From Candidatus Poribacteria bacterium (lineage in GTDB: Bacteria > Poribacteria > WGA-4E > WGA-3G), in the NCBI GenBank assembly GCA_022820835.1, contig JAJEET010000123.1:3608-67607 (forward strand): a stretch of DNA of 64,000 nt, in the 5' to 3' direction. Below the pieces are notes generated by a model. It was not told the origin of the DNA. It ran no database searches and was given only the letters and a program-made list of their open reading frames with translations. Each line of letters begins with the position of its first letter. Positions within the stretch are counted from its first letter, which is position 1. This document shows positions 1-8,902 of this stretch, one piece after another. Made by a program: the position numbers and the translations under genes.

Positions 1-783
1 CCATCCATTTTTCCTACGCCAGAGACAGAAACAGAAAATCGGGTGATTTGCCTCACGGCTCTGGGAAGTAAGAAGTCATTTCATTGCTTGATGACACAGC
101 AGTTGGCAGATGTACACCTTACTGGCGATTCCCAATGCTTCCCTTTCTACACCTACGACGAGGATGGCACGAACCGACAAGAGAACATCACCGATTGGGC
201 GTTGGCAGAATTCCGGACGCACTACAGCGATGATACTATCACCAAGTGGGACATCTTCCACTATACCTACGCCCTCTTGCACCATCCCACCTATCGCGAG
301 AAATACGAGATGAACCTCAAGCGCGATCTGCCGCATATCCCAACCCCCCTTGCCCCCCTTGACAGGGGGGTTGCAGCGGACTTCTGGAGTTTTTCCAAAG
401 CCGGTGCAGCGTTAGCAGATCTCCACGTCAACTATGAATCTGTTCCGAAATACGATAAACTCCGAAAGGTTGAAACCCCCGGCATGCAGGTCAACTGGGA
501 TGTGGAAAAGATGAAACTCTCTAAAGACAAAACGCAGCTGAAGTATAACGATTTCTTGACGCTGGACGGTATCCCTGCGGAGGTTTACAACTATCGGCTC
601 GGCACACGTTCTGCGTTAGAATGGATCGTGGACCAGTATCGTGTCAAAACCGACAAACGGAGCGGCATCGTCAACGATCCGAACCGCGCCGATGCGCCAC
701 AATATATTGTGGATTTGATTGCGCGTGTTATCACTGTCAGCCTAAAGACGGTAAAGATTGTTGAAAGTTTGCCCGAATTGTAG
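1..783 (+). CDS. Type ISP restriction-modification enzyme, C-terminal target-recognition part (5' end outside window)
   Basis: Frame 1 is open from base 1; the track ORF starts at internal Met 43. The tail WDIFHYTYALLHHPTYREKY..NLKRDLPHIP..LHVNYE..YRLGTRSALEWIVDQYRVKTDKRSGIVNDPN matches the conserved C-terminal module I recall from LlaGI/LlaBIII-type single-polypeptide RM enzymes. Not searched. Confidence 0.6.
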   Translation, partial: PSIFPTPETETENRVICLTALGSKKSFHCLMTQQLADVHLTGDSQCFPFYTYDEDGTNRQENITDWALAEFRTHYSDDTITKWDIFHYTYALLHHPTYREKYEMNLKRDLPHIPTPLAPLDRGVAADFWSFSKAGAALADLHVNYESVPKYDKLRKVETPGMQVNWDVEKMKLSKDKTQLKYNDFLTLDGIPAEVYNYRLGTRSALEWIVDQYRVKTDKRSGIVNDPNRADAPQYIVDLIARVITVSLKTVKIVESLPEL

Positions 784-992
784 GGACGGGCCGCGGGATT
801 TGTCTGGCTCGGTTTTGTTGGGTTTCACTCAAAATATTTCACACGAAAGCCTATTGGAAAAGCGAGCGTAACGTTTCCATTGAGGCGTATATCTGGTTTC
901 CCGTTCAACCCAACCTACACACTTTCGAGGCTTCAATTTAATTTGATTTCATCCAACTTTTAAAGTATAATTGGAAAAAGACCGTTTCAACC

Positions 993-1508
993 TTGAATAA
1001 CTTCTATTGCGGATGGAAAACAGACGGTTGTCTATGTTCAGAACATAAGACTACGTGTTTAGAACTGAGTTCACTTATGAATCAAAACGGAAATGACTAT
1101 GTATCGTTAGTAAGAATCCCTCGTAAGTGGTTTAATGTATTTGTCTGGACTTTTTCAAGTTTAGTCATTGCCAATGTTTTGATTGAATTTTTCACTGGTT
1201 GGGCTTGGGAACATTTAGGTGAAACGTTATCAACACGAACGGCGGTGCTAATGACGTTAATAGTCGGCTGGTTCTTCATATCAGCGCATATATGGGAGGC
1301 TATCATGTTAGGATATGCAAAACTATTCAAAGACAAAATCCTCGCACAAGGCAGAGCAGAAGGTAAAGCAGAAGGCAGAGCGGAAGTGTATCGTGAGTTG
1401 CAGCAAGCGCAAGAAAAGGGCATAACGCTTGAAGAGTTGCTGAAAACACACGATGCCAAAAACGGTAAAAACGGGACCGACGAACCCTCTTCTTCAAAGA
1501 ACGGATAA
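993..1508 (+). CDS. Hypothetical small membrane protein (two hydrophobic helices, charged AEGK-repeat tail)
   Basis: 171-aa ORF in a visibly AT-rich stretch, with a TTG start at 993 and an alternative ATG at 1077. It has two hydrophobic segments (FVWTFSSLVIANVLIEFF, VLMTLIVGWFFISAHIW) and a tail QGRAEGKAEGRAE. No family recognised. Confidence 0.35.
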   Translation: MNNFYCGWKTDGCLCSEHKTTCLELSSLMNQNGNDYVSLVRIPRKWFNVFVWTFSSLVIANVLIEFFTGWAWEHLGETLSTRTAVLMTLIVGWFFISAHIWEAIMLGYAKLFKDKILAQGRAEGKAEGRAEVYRELQQAQEKGITLEELLKTHDAKNGKNGTDEPSSSKNG

Positions 1509-1526
1509 CGCTTTTACCGCTAAATG

Positions 1527-3455
1527 CTAAGGCGACCAGAGGACGTACGTCGGGAGATCAAATAGCGTGCCGACCAATGCCCAGAACCCTACAAACACGT
1601 AATCCCCCATCACAAGTCCTAAGAAGAATGGGACTGCGCGTTGATGGGCACGTAGACCGAAGACGGAGACGATAATGAACTTTATCATCCAACCGATATA
1701 GACAGAGAACCAGAAATCAGCGAGACCGCCCCATGTCGCCGCCGTCATTACGTACCCGATCGGATGGAAGGGCCACCACATAAATTTATGCCGTAGGAAA
1801 TAGAGGATCCAGGTCATCGCTGCCCCGATCCCCATAGATTGTGTGCCGTCCCAATTCGGACCCGTAGGGTTATTAATCCACCGCTCTAAACGCCGCCCGA
1901 AGACCTCTTCACCGATACCGACGATATAACCGTGTACAGCGAATGCCCCTGTCTCATAAAGAAGGTAGAGGAACGCCCAAAACGACGCGAGTGTGCCGAT
2001 AACGATAGCGAACATCATCACCCAGACCAGTCTTCGGCTGTTTATGCCTGCCCGTTCAGCAAGCTTGAACCCCTCCAATTGGTTCGGCATCGGATGTGAA
2101 ACGTTGAGTCGATTGAGCCAGTAATAGAAAGAGATAATCGTGAGATTACCGGTGCCGACGAACCGGGGTCCGAAAGTGACAGCCATCAATCGCGCAGGGT
2201 CGAGCGCAAGAATCTCGTGCGATGGCGGCCCGAACTCGGCACGGACCCGCGTTACGCCGAGTGCCATCACAATGAAAATGACGATAAAACCAAACACACC
2301 GCCTAAGGACATCCCCGCCTTTATCGAGAATAGTGTGAGTCCGATGGTCCCGAAAATTATTCCAACGACGGCGAAACGGTAAGGCATCGGTTCATTTGAA
2401 TCGTCGAACGCTTTTTTAGCCGTTAAGCAGTTTTGGATGACATCACGGAGATGCCTCCGAGTCCCCCACAACGCGAGGACACCGACAGCAAGCCATGCGC
2501 CACCTGCTCGTTCCGCAAAGTAGAGCTCACCTTCACCTAACATTCCCATACGCACCACGCGTTCCGCTTTACCAAACAGATAGAAGAACCACGCCGACAT
2601 CGAAATATCCAACGGCACGAAGAATGTGAGTCCTATAATAAACGGGTAGATAGACAAAGGGACCCACCCCACAGCATCCCACGGTTTGTCCGTGAACAGA
2701 TGTGTAATAGAATAAGAACTGAGCTGGATAGCAGGGACCTGCGGGAATAGATGGCTCAAGCCTGCGAGGATTTCAATGAAAGCGGCAACCGAAAAGCCTA
2801 TCCACATCGTACTGTTTCTGTAAAAACTTTTCCGTCCCTGTGCCATCTGAAGCGGTAATTGGATGATCGGATACGCCAACTTTTCACGTTCTGTCCACTG
2901 CACGCGGATGATCGTAATGAAACATATCAGCGTGAACCAGAGCAGCGTAACAAACCCTGTCCAGACAAGGATCGGGACCATCCAGCCGCGTAGATGTTTC
3001 GGCAGATGGAAGGTCGAACCGCCTTTAAAGTAGGCATCCAGTGCGTAATCCTCAGGCACAAACCAGGTCGGAATATAACGCCAGAAAAGAGAAGACCACT
3101 CGTTTTCAGGCGTCGCGAACCGGAACGGGTGTGCGAGTGTACCGATCAAGAAAGTCATCATTGAGTGCCCACCGATCGTGGATACCATGACAACCATGAT
3201 GTAGATAACGAGGAGTTCCTGCGTGGTCAGCGCGTTGCGAGGCGATATTTTTTTCCACGCCAGATTGAAGCCGATGACAACAAAAAGCGTGAAAATAGCG
3301 TTAAAGAAGAGGGAAACGAAATTGAGGAGAAACTGCGGTTGAATCATCTCCGCAGCATAAGCGAGCCAATAGGCGTTCCCAATAACAAGGAGTGTGCCAA
3401 TTAGGAGCGCACGAAACGTGATTCCAGATGTAAAGGAGGCACGAGATTCCGGCAT
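1527..3455 (-). CDS. Large polytopic integral membrane protein, function unknown
   Basis: Uninterrupted 642-aa ORF with at least 12 long hydrophobic segments. A GGAGG-like site (cctcc on the + strand) lies just upstream of the ATG at 3455. It may belong to a DUF-type membrane family, but I cannot name it reliably. Confidence 0.7.
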   Translation of the reverse strand: MPESRASFTSGITFRALLIGTLLVIGNAYWLAYAAEMIQPQFLLNFVSLFFNAIFTLFVVIGFNLAWKKISPRNALTTQELLVIYIMVVMVSTIGGHSMMTFLIGTLAHPFRFATPENEWSSLFWRYIPTWFVPEDYALDAYFKGGSTFHLPKHLRGWMVPILVWTGFVTLLWFTLICFITIIRVQWTEREKLAYPIIQLPLQMAQGRKSFYRNSTMWIGFSVAAFIEILAGLSHLFPQVPAIQLSSYSITHLFTDKPWDAVGWVPLSIYPFIIGLTFFVPLDISMSAWFFYLFGKAERVVRMGMLGEGELYFAERAGGAWLAVGVLALWGTRRHLRDVIQNCLTAKKAFDDSNEPMPYRFAVVGIIFGTIGLTLFSIKAGMSLGGVFGFIVIFIVMALGVTRVRAEFGPPSHEILALDPARLMAVTFGPRFVGTGNLTIISFYYWLNRLNVSHPMPNQLEGFKLAERAGINSRRLVWVMMFAIVIGTLASFWAFLYLLYETGAFAVHGYIVGIGEEVFGRRLERWINNPTGPNWDGTQSMGIGAAMTWILYFLRHKFMWWPFHPIGYVMTAATWGGLADFWFSVYIGWMIKFIIVSVFGLRAHQRAVPFFLGLVMGDYVFVGFWALVGTLFDLPTYVLWSP

Positions 3456-3460
3456 GTGTT

Positions 3461-3587
3461 GTGTAGTTGTCAGTCATCAGTTATCGGTTTTCGGTTAACG
3501 TCTTGTGGAAAGTTAGATATCCTGTAAAACACACAATATATCTGATCCCACAAGAAACCGACTGACAACTGACAACTGATAACCTCT
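3461..3587. repeat. Composite palindromic intergenic element with heptamer-repeat arms
   Basis: The left arm is gttgtca/gtcatca/gttatcg/gttttcg (3466..3496). The right arm is ctgacaa/ctgacaa/ctgataa (3556..3583), the reverse complement of GTTRTCA units. The inner inverted repeat is cttgtgg (3502..3508) / ccacaag (3548..3554). Confidence 0.7.
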
Positions 3588-4355
3588 CTACTGTTTCAGC
3601 CCTCCCCAAACAACTGCAAGTTTACCCGAAGGTTCAACGGCTAATATCTCGTCGTCAAAAGTGAGGTCCCCATAAGAGAGACCATCCCATGCACCGCCAG
3701 GTGTCCACCCGATCTGATGTTCGCGAGTGCCATTCTCACAATCGTTCATGTGGAAACTGAGTCCGATTGTCAACCCATGTTTCGCTCTGAATTTATCGCC
3801 GACACCCGGATTCGCGAACTGCGGGTTACCGCGCGGTTTCGTCGGGTCAATAGCGACCTCGTAGATGTAATCGTTCCCATTCTTGACGAGCACCCATTCG
3901 GTGTTTTGTTTTGATGCCGCAGCGGATAGGTCCTCACCGTTGGCACCGAGCGTCCATTGAACGAGACTGTCTCGGACCATGCCGTTATCGAAATCAAACA
4001 TAAACTCGACGCTATCATCCTCCCACCATTTGTTATCAGGCGGATGGATGTCTTGGAGTTCGTCGTCGGTGATTTGGACAGCGAAATAGATGCGGGTCGG
4101 ATCCTGTGAATTCCATGCGACCCTACCTTGACCGGTAAAATCACTCGCTTTCGGGATACCACCCCCGACATCCTTCAATTCATCGAAAGCAACGATTTCG
4201 GCGCGTTCCCATTCGTCAAGATTTCCGTCTATTTTGAGGTTCCTCAACTGTTTTGCCACATATTCCTTATCGCGTTTGGCTTCAACAGGTAGGCTCATTG
4301 TATAGAACAACAGCGCAGCTGCTGTTAGAATCGCTATAGCAAATTTAAACTTCAT
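3588..4355 (-). CDS. Secreted carbohydrate-binding (CBM9/DOMON-like) protein with C-terminal KLAVVWGGLK tail
   Basis: I chose the start at Met32 of the track ORF (ATG 4355..4353), which gives the signal peptide MKFKFAIAILTAAALLFYTMSLPVEA. The motif LKIDGNLDEWERAEIVAF is typical of CBM9-like domains. The upstream part of the track ORF overlaps the methyltransferase gene. Confidence 0.6.
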   Translation of the reverse strand: MKFKFAIAILTAAALLFYTMSLPVEAKRDKEYVAKQLRNLKIDGNLDEWERAEIVAFDELKDVGGGIPKASDFTGQGRVAWNSQDPTRIYFAVQITDDELQDIHPPDNKWWEDDSVEFMFDFDNGMVRDSLVQWTLGANGEDLSAAASKQNTEWVLVKNGNDYIYEVAIDPTKPRGNPQFANPGVGDKFRAKHGLTIGLSFHMNDCENGTREHQIGWTPGGAWDGLSYGDLTFDDEILAVEPSGKLAVVWGGLKQ

Positions 4356-5755
4356 ACACTTTCGCATTTGCGTATTCCTTTGTTTTTTAACTTTTGAATC
4401 AGTTGTTCCTGCGTCCGATTTCTTTTTTTTGAACTGCACGCACTGCATAACAACTGAAGGTTATCAGCGGCATCAGTGCCGCCTTTCAGTTTTGCCACAA
4501 TGTAATCGGGGGTCATACTATGAAACGGAAATGACGTTTGACAACCGTTGCATTTGCCGTCCTGAATTCCGAATAGTATGTGTTTATAGGTTTGGTGCTG
4601 TTTGTAAAACTTAGGCGTGTCCTTCCGGTGAATGACCGGCTCATTAATACCGCTCTGTTCGAGACGGGACTGCGCTAATTCATAACATTTCGGACTTAAA
4701 TCTATACCTATCCATCGGCGTTGTAACCGCTCCGCAGCCACACACGTCGTCGCGCACCCACAGAAGGGGTCAAGGACCCTATCGCCGAGGTTGCTGCTCG
4801 CTGCAATGATGCGTTCTAACAGGGCAATCGGTTTCTGCGTAGGGTATCCGATCCGTTCTTTGCTTCTTGCAGTCAAATTTGGGATATCCACCCAGATATT
4901 GTTCAACCGTTTGCCCCTTTGTTCATCAAGATACCGTTTATAGCGCGGCACATTTCCGGGTCGCGTCTGAACGATACGTCCCGCCGCTATTTCTTTACGC
5001 ATACGCGCTTGCGCCCACCGCCACGTTCTGACAACTCCCATCACGTCATAAGTCAGATGAGATTCGGGGTCGTGCGTCTGCGCGGTTACGGAAGTCAGCG
5101 AAAAACGGCGACCGGTTTCCGGCTCAACACAATAATACTGACGTTTCGTTTTCTCGTCCAAATTCGCCATATCGTATGGTATCGTGACCGCATCAAGGTT
5201 CCAGGTGTATGTATCACTTTTCGAGTAGCGGAAGATACTATCGGAGTCCCGGGCTAACCTTTTTTTGAGGTTACCCTTGGTGGTTACCGCCCGTTGCCAG
5301 ATAATCTCGTTTCTGAAGTTATCTTTCCCGAAGACGGTATCCATCACCGTTTTCAGGTAGTGACTCGCGTTATCATCACAATGAAGGTAAAGCGTCCCCG
5401 TCGGTTTGAGGATTCGGAACATCTCCAACATCCGAATGCCCATCATGATAAGATAGGCTTTCATGGACTTGCCATGACTAAACTCAGCGGCACTGATGAC
5501 ACGGTAGAGTTCCGGCTCCCTGTCTGCAAGTTCACCGTGAGTCGCGTCGTCGAGGTCCTCCAGTGTCCAAAAATCTTTGAACCTTGCCCCTGCGGCTTCA
5601 CTGCCTATGGATGCCTCAAACGTCCGATTGGAATTGAAAGGCGGATCAAGATAAATCAGATCGATAGAATTCGTGTCAAGTCCGCGAAGCACATGAAGGT
5701 TATCGTTTTCAAAGATGGTTCGGTTCTCGACCTTCATTCTATCTCCCGTAGTCAA
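4352..5755 (-). CDS. Beta-class N6-adenine/N4-cytosine DNA methyltransferase fused to a C-terminal HNH-like Cys4 finger
   Basis: Motif IV DPPF (res 37-40) precedes PTQKP and motif I VLDPFCGCATT, the N6_N4_Mtase order. The C-terminus reads CNGC..DYIVAKLKGG..NLQLLCSACSSKK, which is HNH-like. Confidence 0.8.
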   Translation of the reverse strand: MTTGDRMKVENRTIFENDNLHVLRGLDTNSIDLIYLDPPFNSNRTFEASIGSEAAGARFKDFWTLEDLDDATHGELADREPELYRVISAAEFSHGKSMKAYLIMMGIRMLEMFRILKPTGTLYLHCDDNASHYLKTVMDTVFGKDNFRNEIIWQRAVTTKGNLKKRLARDSDSIFRYSKSDTYTWNLDAVTIPYDMANLDEKTKRQYYCVEPETGRRFSLTSVTAQTHDPESHLTYDVMGVVRTWRWAQARMRKEIAAGRIVQTRPGNVPRYKRYLDEQRGKRLNNIWVDIPNLTARSKERIGYPTQKPIALLERIIAASSNLGDRVLDPFCGCATTCVAAERLQRRWIGIDLSPKCYELAQSRLEQSGINEPVIHRKDTPKFYKQHQTYKHILFGIQDGKCNGCQTSFPFHSMTPDYIVAKLKGGTDAADNLQLLCSACSSKKRNRTQEQLIQKLKNKGIRKCESV

Positions 5756-5806
5756 CAGTATATTTGTGTGGTTCCAGATCAGTGTCTGGATAGTAAACGT
5801 TTCACG

Positions 5807-6595
5807 TTACGGTGTCGAACGGCGTTTGCCGCCATCCATATAAAGTGCGGTGCCAAACATATAGGAGCAGGCTTCAGAGGCTAAGAATGTCACGACATTC
5901 GCAACCTCTTCAGGTTCCGCGATACGACCCGCAGGAAGTTCTTGTCCAAGTGCCTGCAACAATTCCTCAACATCGCAGCCCTCGCGCTCGGCTCTCGCAC
6001 GCTGTTGGGTACGAGCACGGCCAGTATTGGTTAATCCGGGACAAACCGCATTTACCAAGATCCCATCTCCCGAAACAGCATCGGACAGGGCGCGCGTTAT
6101 ATTCAGGATCGTAATATTGGCTGCTCCGGTGGGTACGTTCGCACGGGTAGGACTTGTACCCGCCGAACCTGCGATATTGATGATGCGTCCCCACCGATTT
6201 TCTTTCATGAACGGAATAACCAATTGGGACATTCGTAGACAACTGTACGTTTTCAATCCAAGCGCGTCATCAATCAATTCTGGTGACAGTTCCAGAATGT
6301 CAGTATTCCGAGCGGCACCGACATTATTAACGAGAATATCAACACCACCAAAGCGTGCGACCATTGCCTGCACGACCTTCTCACAATTCGCTTGTAGGGT
6401 TAGATCACCAACAACAGCGTGCCCTTTATGCCCAGTCTGATTAATCTCCGTGAGTGCTTGATTTAGCGTGTCCTGTGTGCGGGCAGCGATACAAACGTGG
6501 ACACCCTCTCGTGCAAGCGCAAGCGCGCACTGCTTACCAATACCTCGACTGCCTCCGGTGACAATCGCTCGTTTTCCGTTGAGTCCTAAATCCAT
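5807..6595 (-). CDS. Short-chain dehydrogenase/reductase family protein (atypical active site)
   Basis: SDR-family motifs are present: TGGSRGIG cofactor motif, NNVGA, and ..VNAVCPG. The position of the canonical YxxxK reads TGAAN in a by-eye alignment to FabG. Confidence 0.85.
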   Translation of the reverse strand: MDLGLNGKRAIVTGGSRGIGKQCALALAREGVHVCIAARTQDTLNQALTEINQTGHKGHAVVGDLTLQANCEKVVQAMVARFGGVDILVNNVGAARNTDILELSPELIDDALGLKTYSCLRMSQLVIPFMKENRWGRIINIAGSAGTSPTRANVPTGAANITILNITRALSDAVSGDGILVNAVCPGLTNTGRARTQQRARAEREGCDVEELLQALGQELPAGRIAEPEEVANVVTFLASEACSYMFGTALYMDGGKRRSTP

Positions 6596-6632
6596 CTGTT
6601 GCCTGTCCTACGCTATATCCAGTTTTTAAAGT

Positions 6633-6842
6633 CTATTGACCTGATTTTAACAGTCCCCATGTAACAGCGAGTTTGTCCCGCGGTGCGACGGCAAGGCTTG
6701 AGCCCCCTGTATCAAAGACTTCCACATCGTCAATGAGCGTTTTCGACTGCCACTCTCGGATACCGAATCCACCTTCAGGGTAGGCGACTTTAGTGTACAC
6801 AGTGATATGTTTCCCATCAAGTGAGACTCCTTGCTTATTTTT
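6633..6842 (-). pseudogene. Start-less C-terminal remnant of a secreted lectin-like paralog
   Basis: The minus-strand frame is open between stops at 6843..6845 and 6633..6635. It reads ..GVSLDGKHITVYTKVAYPEGGFGIREWQSKTLIDDVEVFDTGGSSLAVAPRDKLAVTWGLLKSGQ* and has no ATG. It carries the same terminal motif as the two neighbouring secreted proteins. Confidence 0.4.
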
Positions 6843-7590
6843 TCAAACTTCCCCACGTGACAGCCAATTTCGCTTTGGCATCTACAGCGAGAGCTGTCTC
6901 AAGGCCGTCATTCATAACGGATTGGATGTCGTCTTCGCTGAGAACAGTGTTGAAGATAATGAATTCGTCAATCAATCCTTCCCACTGTCTCTGTTGATTC
7001 CAGTCACCAATCCGGGCAGGATCGAGAATACCAGGATTTCCGCCCCAGTCATGTTCGACATCAAGTTCGCCGTTAGCATAAAAACGGATTTTCTTCTCCT
7101 TCGCACTGTATGCAGTTGCGATGTGGACCCACTTATCCATTTCATCACCTGCTACCATATAGTTCGCGAAGGAGTCGTTGCCACCTGGGTTACCGTTAAT
7201 AGAAAATTCGACTTTATTGTTCGGGTGCATCTGGTAGTGAATGTCGCCTGCTTTCCAACCGTTGACGTTGAAGAAAACACGCCACTGCGATTCTCGGCCA
7301 GTGGATTTGACCCAATGGGTAAAGGTAATTTCTTCAAATTCGCCGATCCGTTTCGGGATTTCGACCCATTCGGTTGTCCCGTTGAGTTCAAGTGCCTCCC
7401 CAATTTGACCAGCAACGAATTTACCACCTTCTAATTCGCCATCAAACCCGTTGCCAGAAACGTCTTCGGCATTCCCATCAAACAGCCATGCCGCTGCAAC
7501 CATATCTTCGGTAATCTCAGCGGAGCCAGTTAGGCTGATACCCAAGGTAAACATCACGCCGAGCGTAATCGTAACGATCCGTATTAACAT
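6835..7590 (-). CDS. Secreted LamG (concanavalin A-like lectin) domain protein with KLAVTWGSLKK tail
   Basis: The signal peptide is MLIRIVTITLGVMFTLGISLTGSAE. The stretch LFDGNAEDVSGNGFDGELEGGKFVAGQIGEALELNG..IDEFIIFNTVLSEDDI is typical of Laminin_G_3. Confidence 0.8.
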   Translation of the reverse strand: MLIRIVTITLGVMFTLGISLTGSAEITEDMVAAAWLFDGNAEDVSGNGFDGELEGGKFVAGQIGEALELNGTTEWVEIPKRIGEFEEITFTHWVKSTGRESQWRVFFNVNGWKAGDIHYQMHPNNKVEFSINGNPGGNDSFANYMVAGDEMDKWVHIATAYSAKEKKIRFYANGELDVEHDWGGNPGILDPARIGDWNQQRQWEGLIDEFIIFNTVLSEDDIQSVMNDGLETALAVDAKAKLAVTWGSLKK

Positions 7591-7756
7591 AGTAGCCTCC
7601 TGTGTGTCCCCAAAAAAGTAGGTAAACTATTGCACGACACATTTTTGCGTTGTCGTAAAATTTACCTATTGTAAGATTTAAGTAAAAATTGTAACACAAA
7701 AAACATATAAATACAACACTTTTTGAAATAGGGGCGGGACGATCATTTATGAACGC

Positions 7757-7785
7757 GTATGGTGAGGCGTGAGGCCTCACCATAC
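7757..7785. other. Perfect 12-bp stem / 5-nt loop hairpin downstream of the paralog array
   Basis: gtatggtgaggc (7757..7768) pairs perfectly with gcctcaccatac (7774..7785), with loop gtgag. No U-tract on either strand, so it is not a canonical intrinsic terminator. Confidence 0.5.
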
Positions 7786-7828
7786 AGTGGACGGCGAACA
7801 AGATGGACAGAAAGAACAAGAGTCTGTG

Positions 7829-8866
7829 TTACAGCTTGGATCTCAATTGATCCATCAACCCATCAGGCGGCTCAAATGGTAGGTCAATAATCTCGTTCGT
7901 TATGCCACTGTAATATAACCCTAACAGTAGGTTAAACTCGGCGAGCGACTGCTTGAGATGTGTCGGATGCACGTTATTCTCATCATCCAGCCAATCAAAG
8001 ACCGCCTCTGTAAGGTTACCTTGCGCAACAACATCTTGCTCACCGTAGTTCAGTGGACCGCCTTCATAGCCACCTTCTGGCGTTGCACGCTCCCAACTGC
8101 TGAAACGCCAATGCACGAAACCTTTTGTACCCACAACAAAGACACGTTTGTGGCTGTACACACCTTGGTTATCGGATGCCATCGTCCCCATAACCGTACC
8201 AAATGCAAGGGAAACATGCAGCCCGTTTTCATATATAACTTGTCCAGCAGCATGCATCGGAGACGGCTGGGCTGAATCCAAGTGTTCCCGTCCAGCGATT
8301 TGTCCGAGCACACGAACCGGACGTGAGTTGTCAATATAAGAAGATACCAACTGCAACACATGTGGACCTTGGTCAACGGGTGTACTACGCGCACTGGCAT
8401 CAATGAACTTAATTTCACCAATCCTATCAGCTGCGACATCCCGTTTCAATTCCAAGTTTTTGGGATGGAAGTTGAGTTGCGTGTTAACAACGAACTTGGT
8501 CTGTGTCTCTTCGGCTAATCCTGCCAACTGCTTCCAGTCCTCACTCTCAACGGCAATCGGTTTTTCGACAATCGCCGCTGGCACACCCGCATCGGACGCC
8601 TGTTTCATCAACGGGTAACGGATACGCTCGTTGCTACCCCGCAGCACGGGGGCGGTAACAATATGCAGGACATCGGGTTTCTCTTTTTCGAGCATCTCGT
8701 CTAAATCAGTGTATCGTGAAGAGATGCCGAAGTCGTCTCCGAATTTGTTGAGTAATTCTTCGTTCATATCACAGACTGCAGCGAGTTGACCACCTTTGAC
8801 GAAGCGGTAAGCATCTGCATGCGCACGGGCGCGCCCACCACACCCTAACATTGCGGTTTTATACAC
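7829..8866 (-). CDS. Gfo/Idh/MocA family oxidoreductase, tandem paralog 1
   Basis: 345 aa with a GTG start preceded by GGAGA. It has the Rossmann motif LGCGGRARAH and the family EKP motif (AAIVEKPIA). Confidence 0.9.
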   Translation of the reverse strand: MYKTAMLGCGGRARAHADAYRFVKGGQLAAVCDMNEELLNKFGDDFGISSRYTDLDEMLEKEKPDVLHIVTAPVLRGSNERIRYPLMKQASDAGVPAAIVEKPIAVESEDWKQLAGLAEETQTKFVVNTQLNFHPKNLELKRDVAADRIGEIKFIDASARSTPVDQGPHVLQLVSSYIDNSRPVRVLGQIAGREHLDSAQPSPMHAAGQVIYENGLHVSLAFGTVMGTMASDNQGVYSHKRVFVVGTKGFVHWRFSSWERATPEGGYEGGPLNYGEQDVVAQGNLTEAVFDWLDDENNVHPTHLKQSLAEFNLLLGLYYSGITNEIIDLPFEPPDGLMDQLRSKL

Positions 8867-8902
8867 AGAAATGTCTCCTTTAATATTTTACGATTTATCG
8901 GT

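Noticed and set aside
1-5755. Calling the whole left end a complete defence island (type ISP RM, small membrane protein, large membrane protein, MTase-HNH).
   Set aside because: Only the two DNA-modification genes have defence-type motifs. The membrane proteins and the CBM9-like protein have no recognisable defence domains, and the type ISP gene is cut by the window edge.
6647-6856. 69-aa track ORF between the SDR and LamG genes.
   Set aside because: It has no recognisable features. A different frame over the same bases gives a clear LamG-like C-terminal remnant with the KLAVTWG tail, so I annotated that frame as a pseudogene instead.
8403-8618. Conserved antisense ORFs inside the Gfo paralogs (8403..8618, 9456..9692, 10705..10914, 13620..13817). 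All begin M(N/I/R)..SPIL.SATSRF.SKF.GWKLSCVLTTN.
   Set aside because: Their conservation is a by-product of the sense genes being recent duplicates. They have no RBS, lie fully inside well-supported CDS and have shadow-frame composition.
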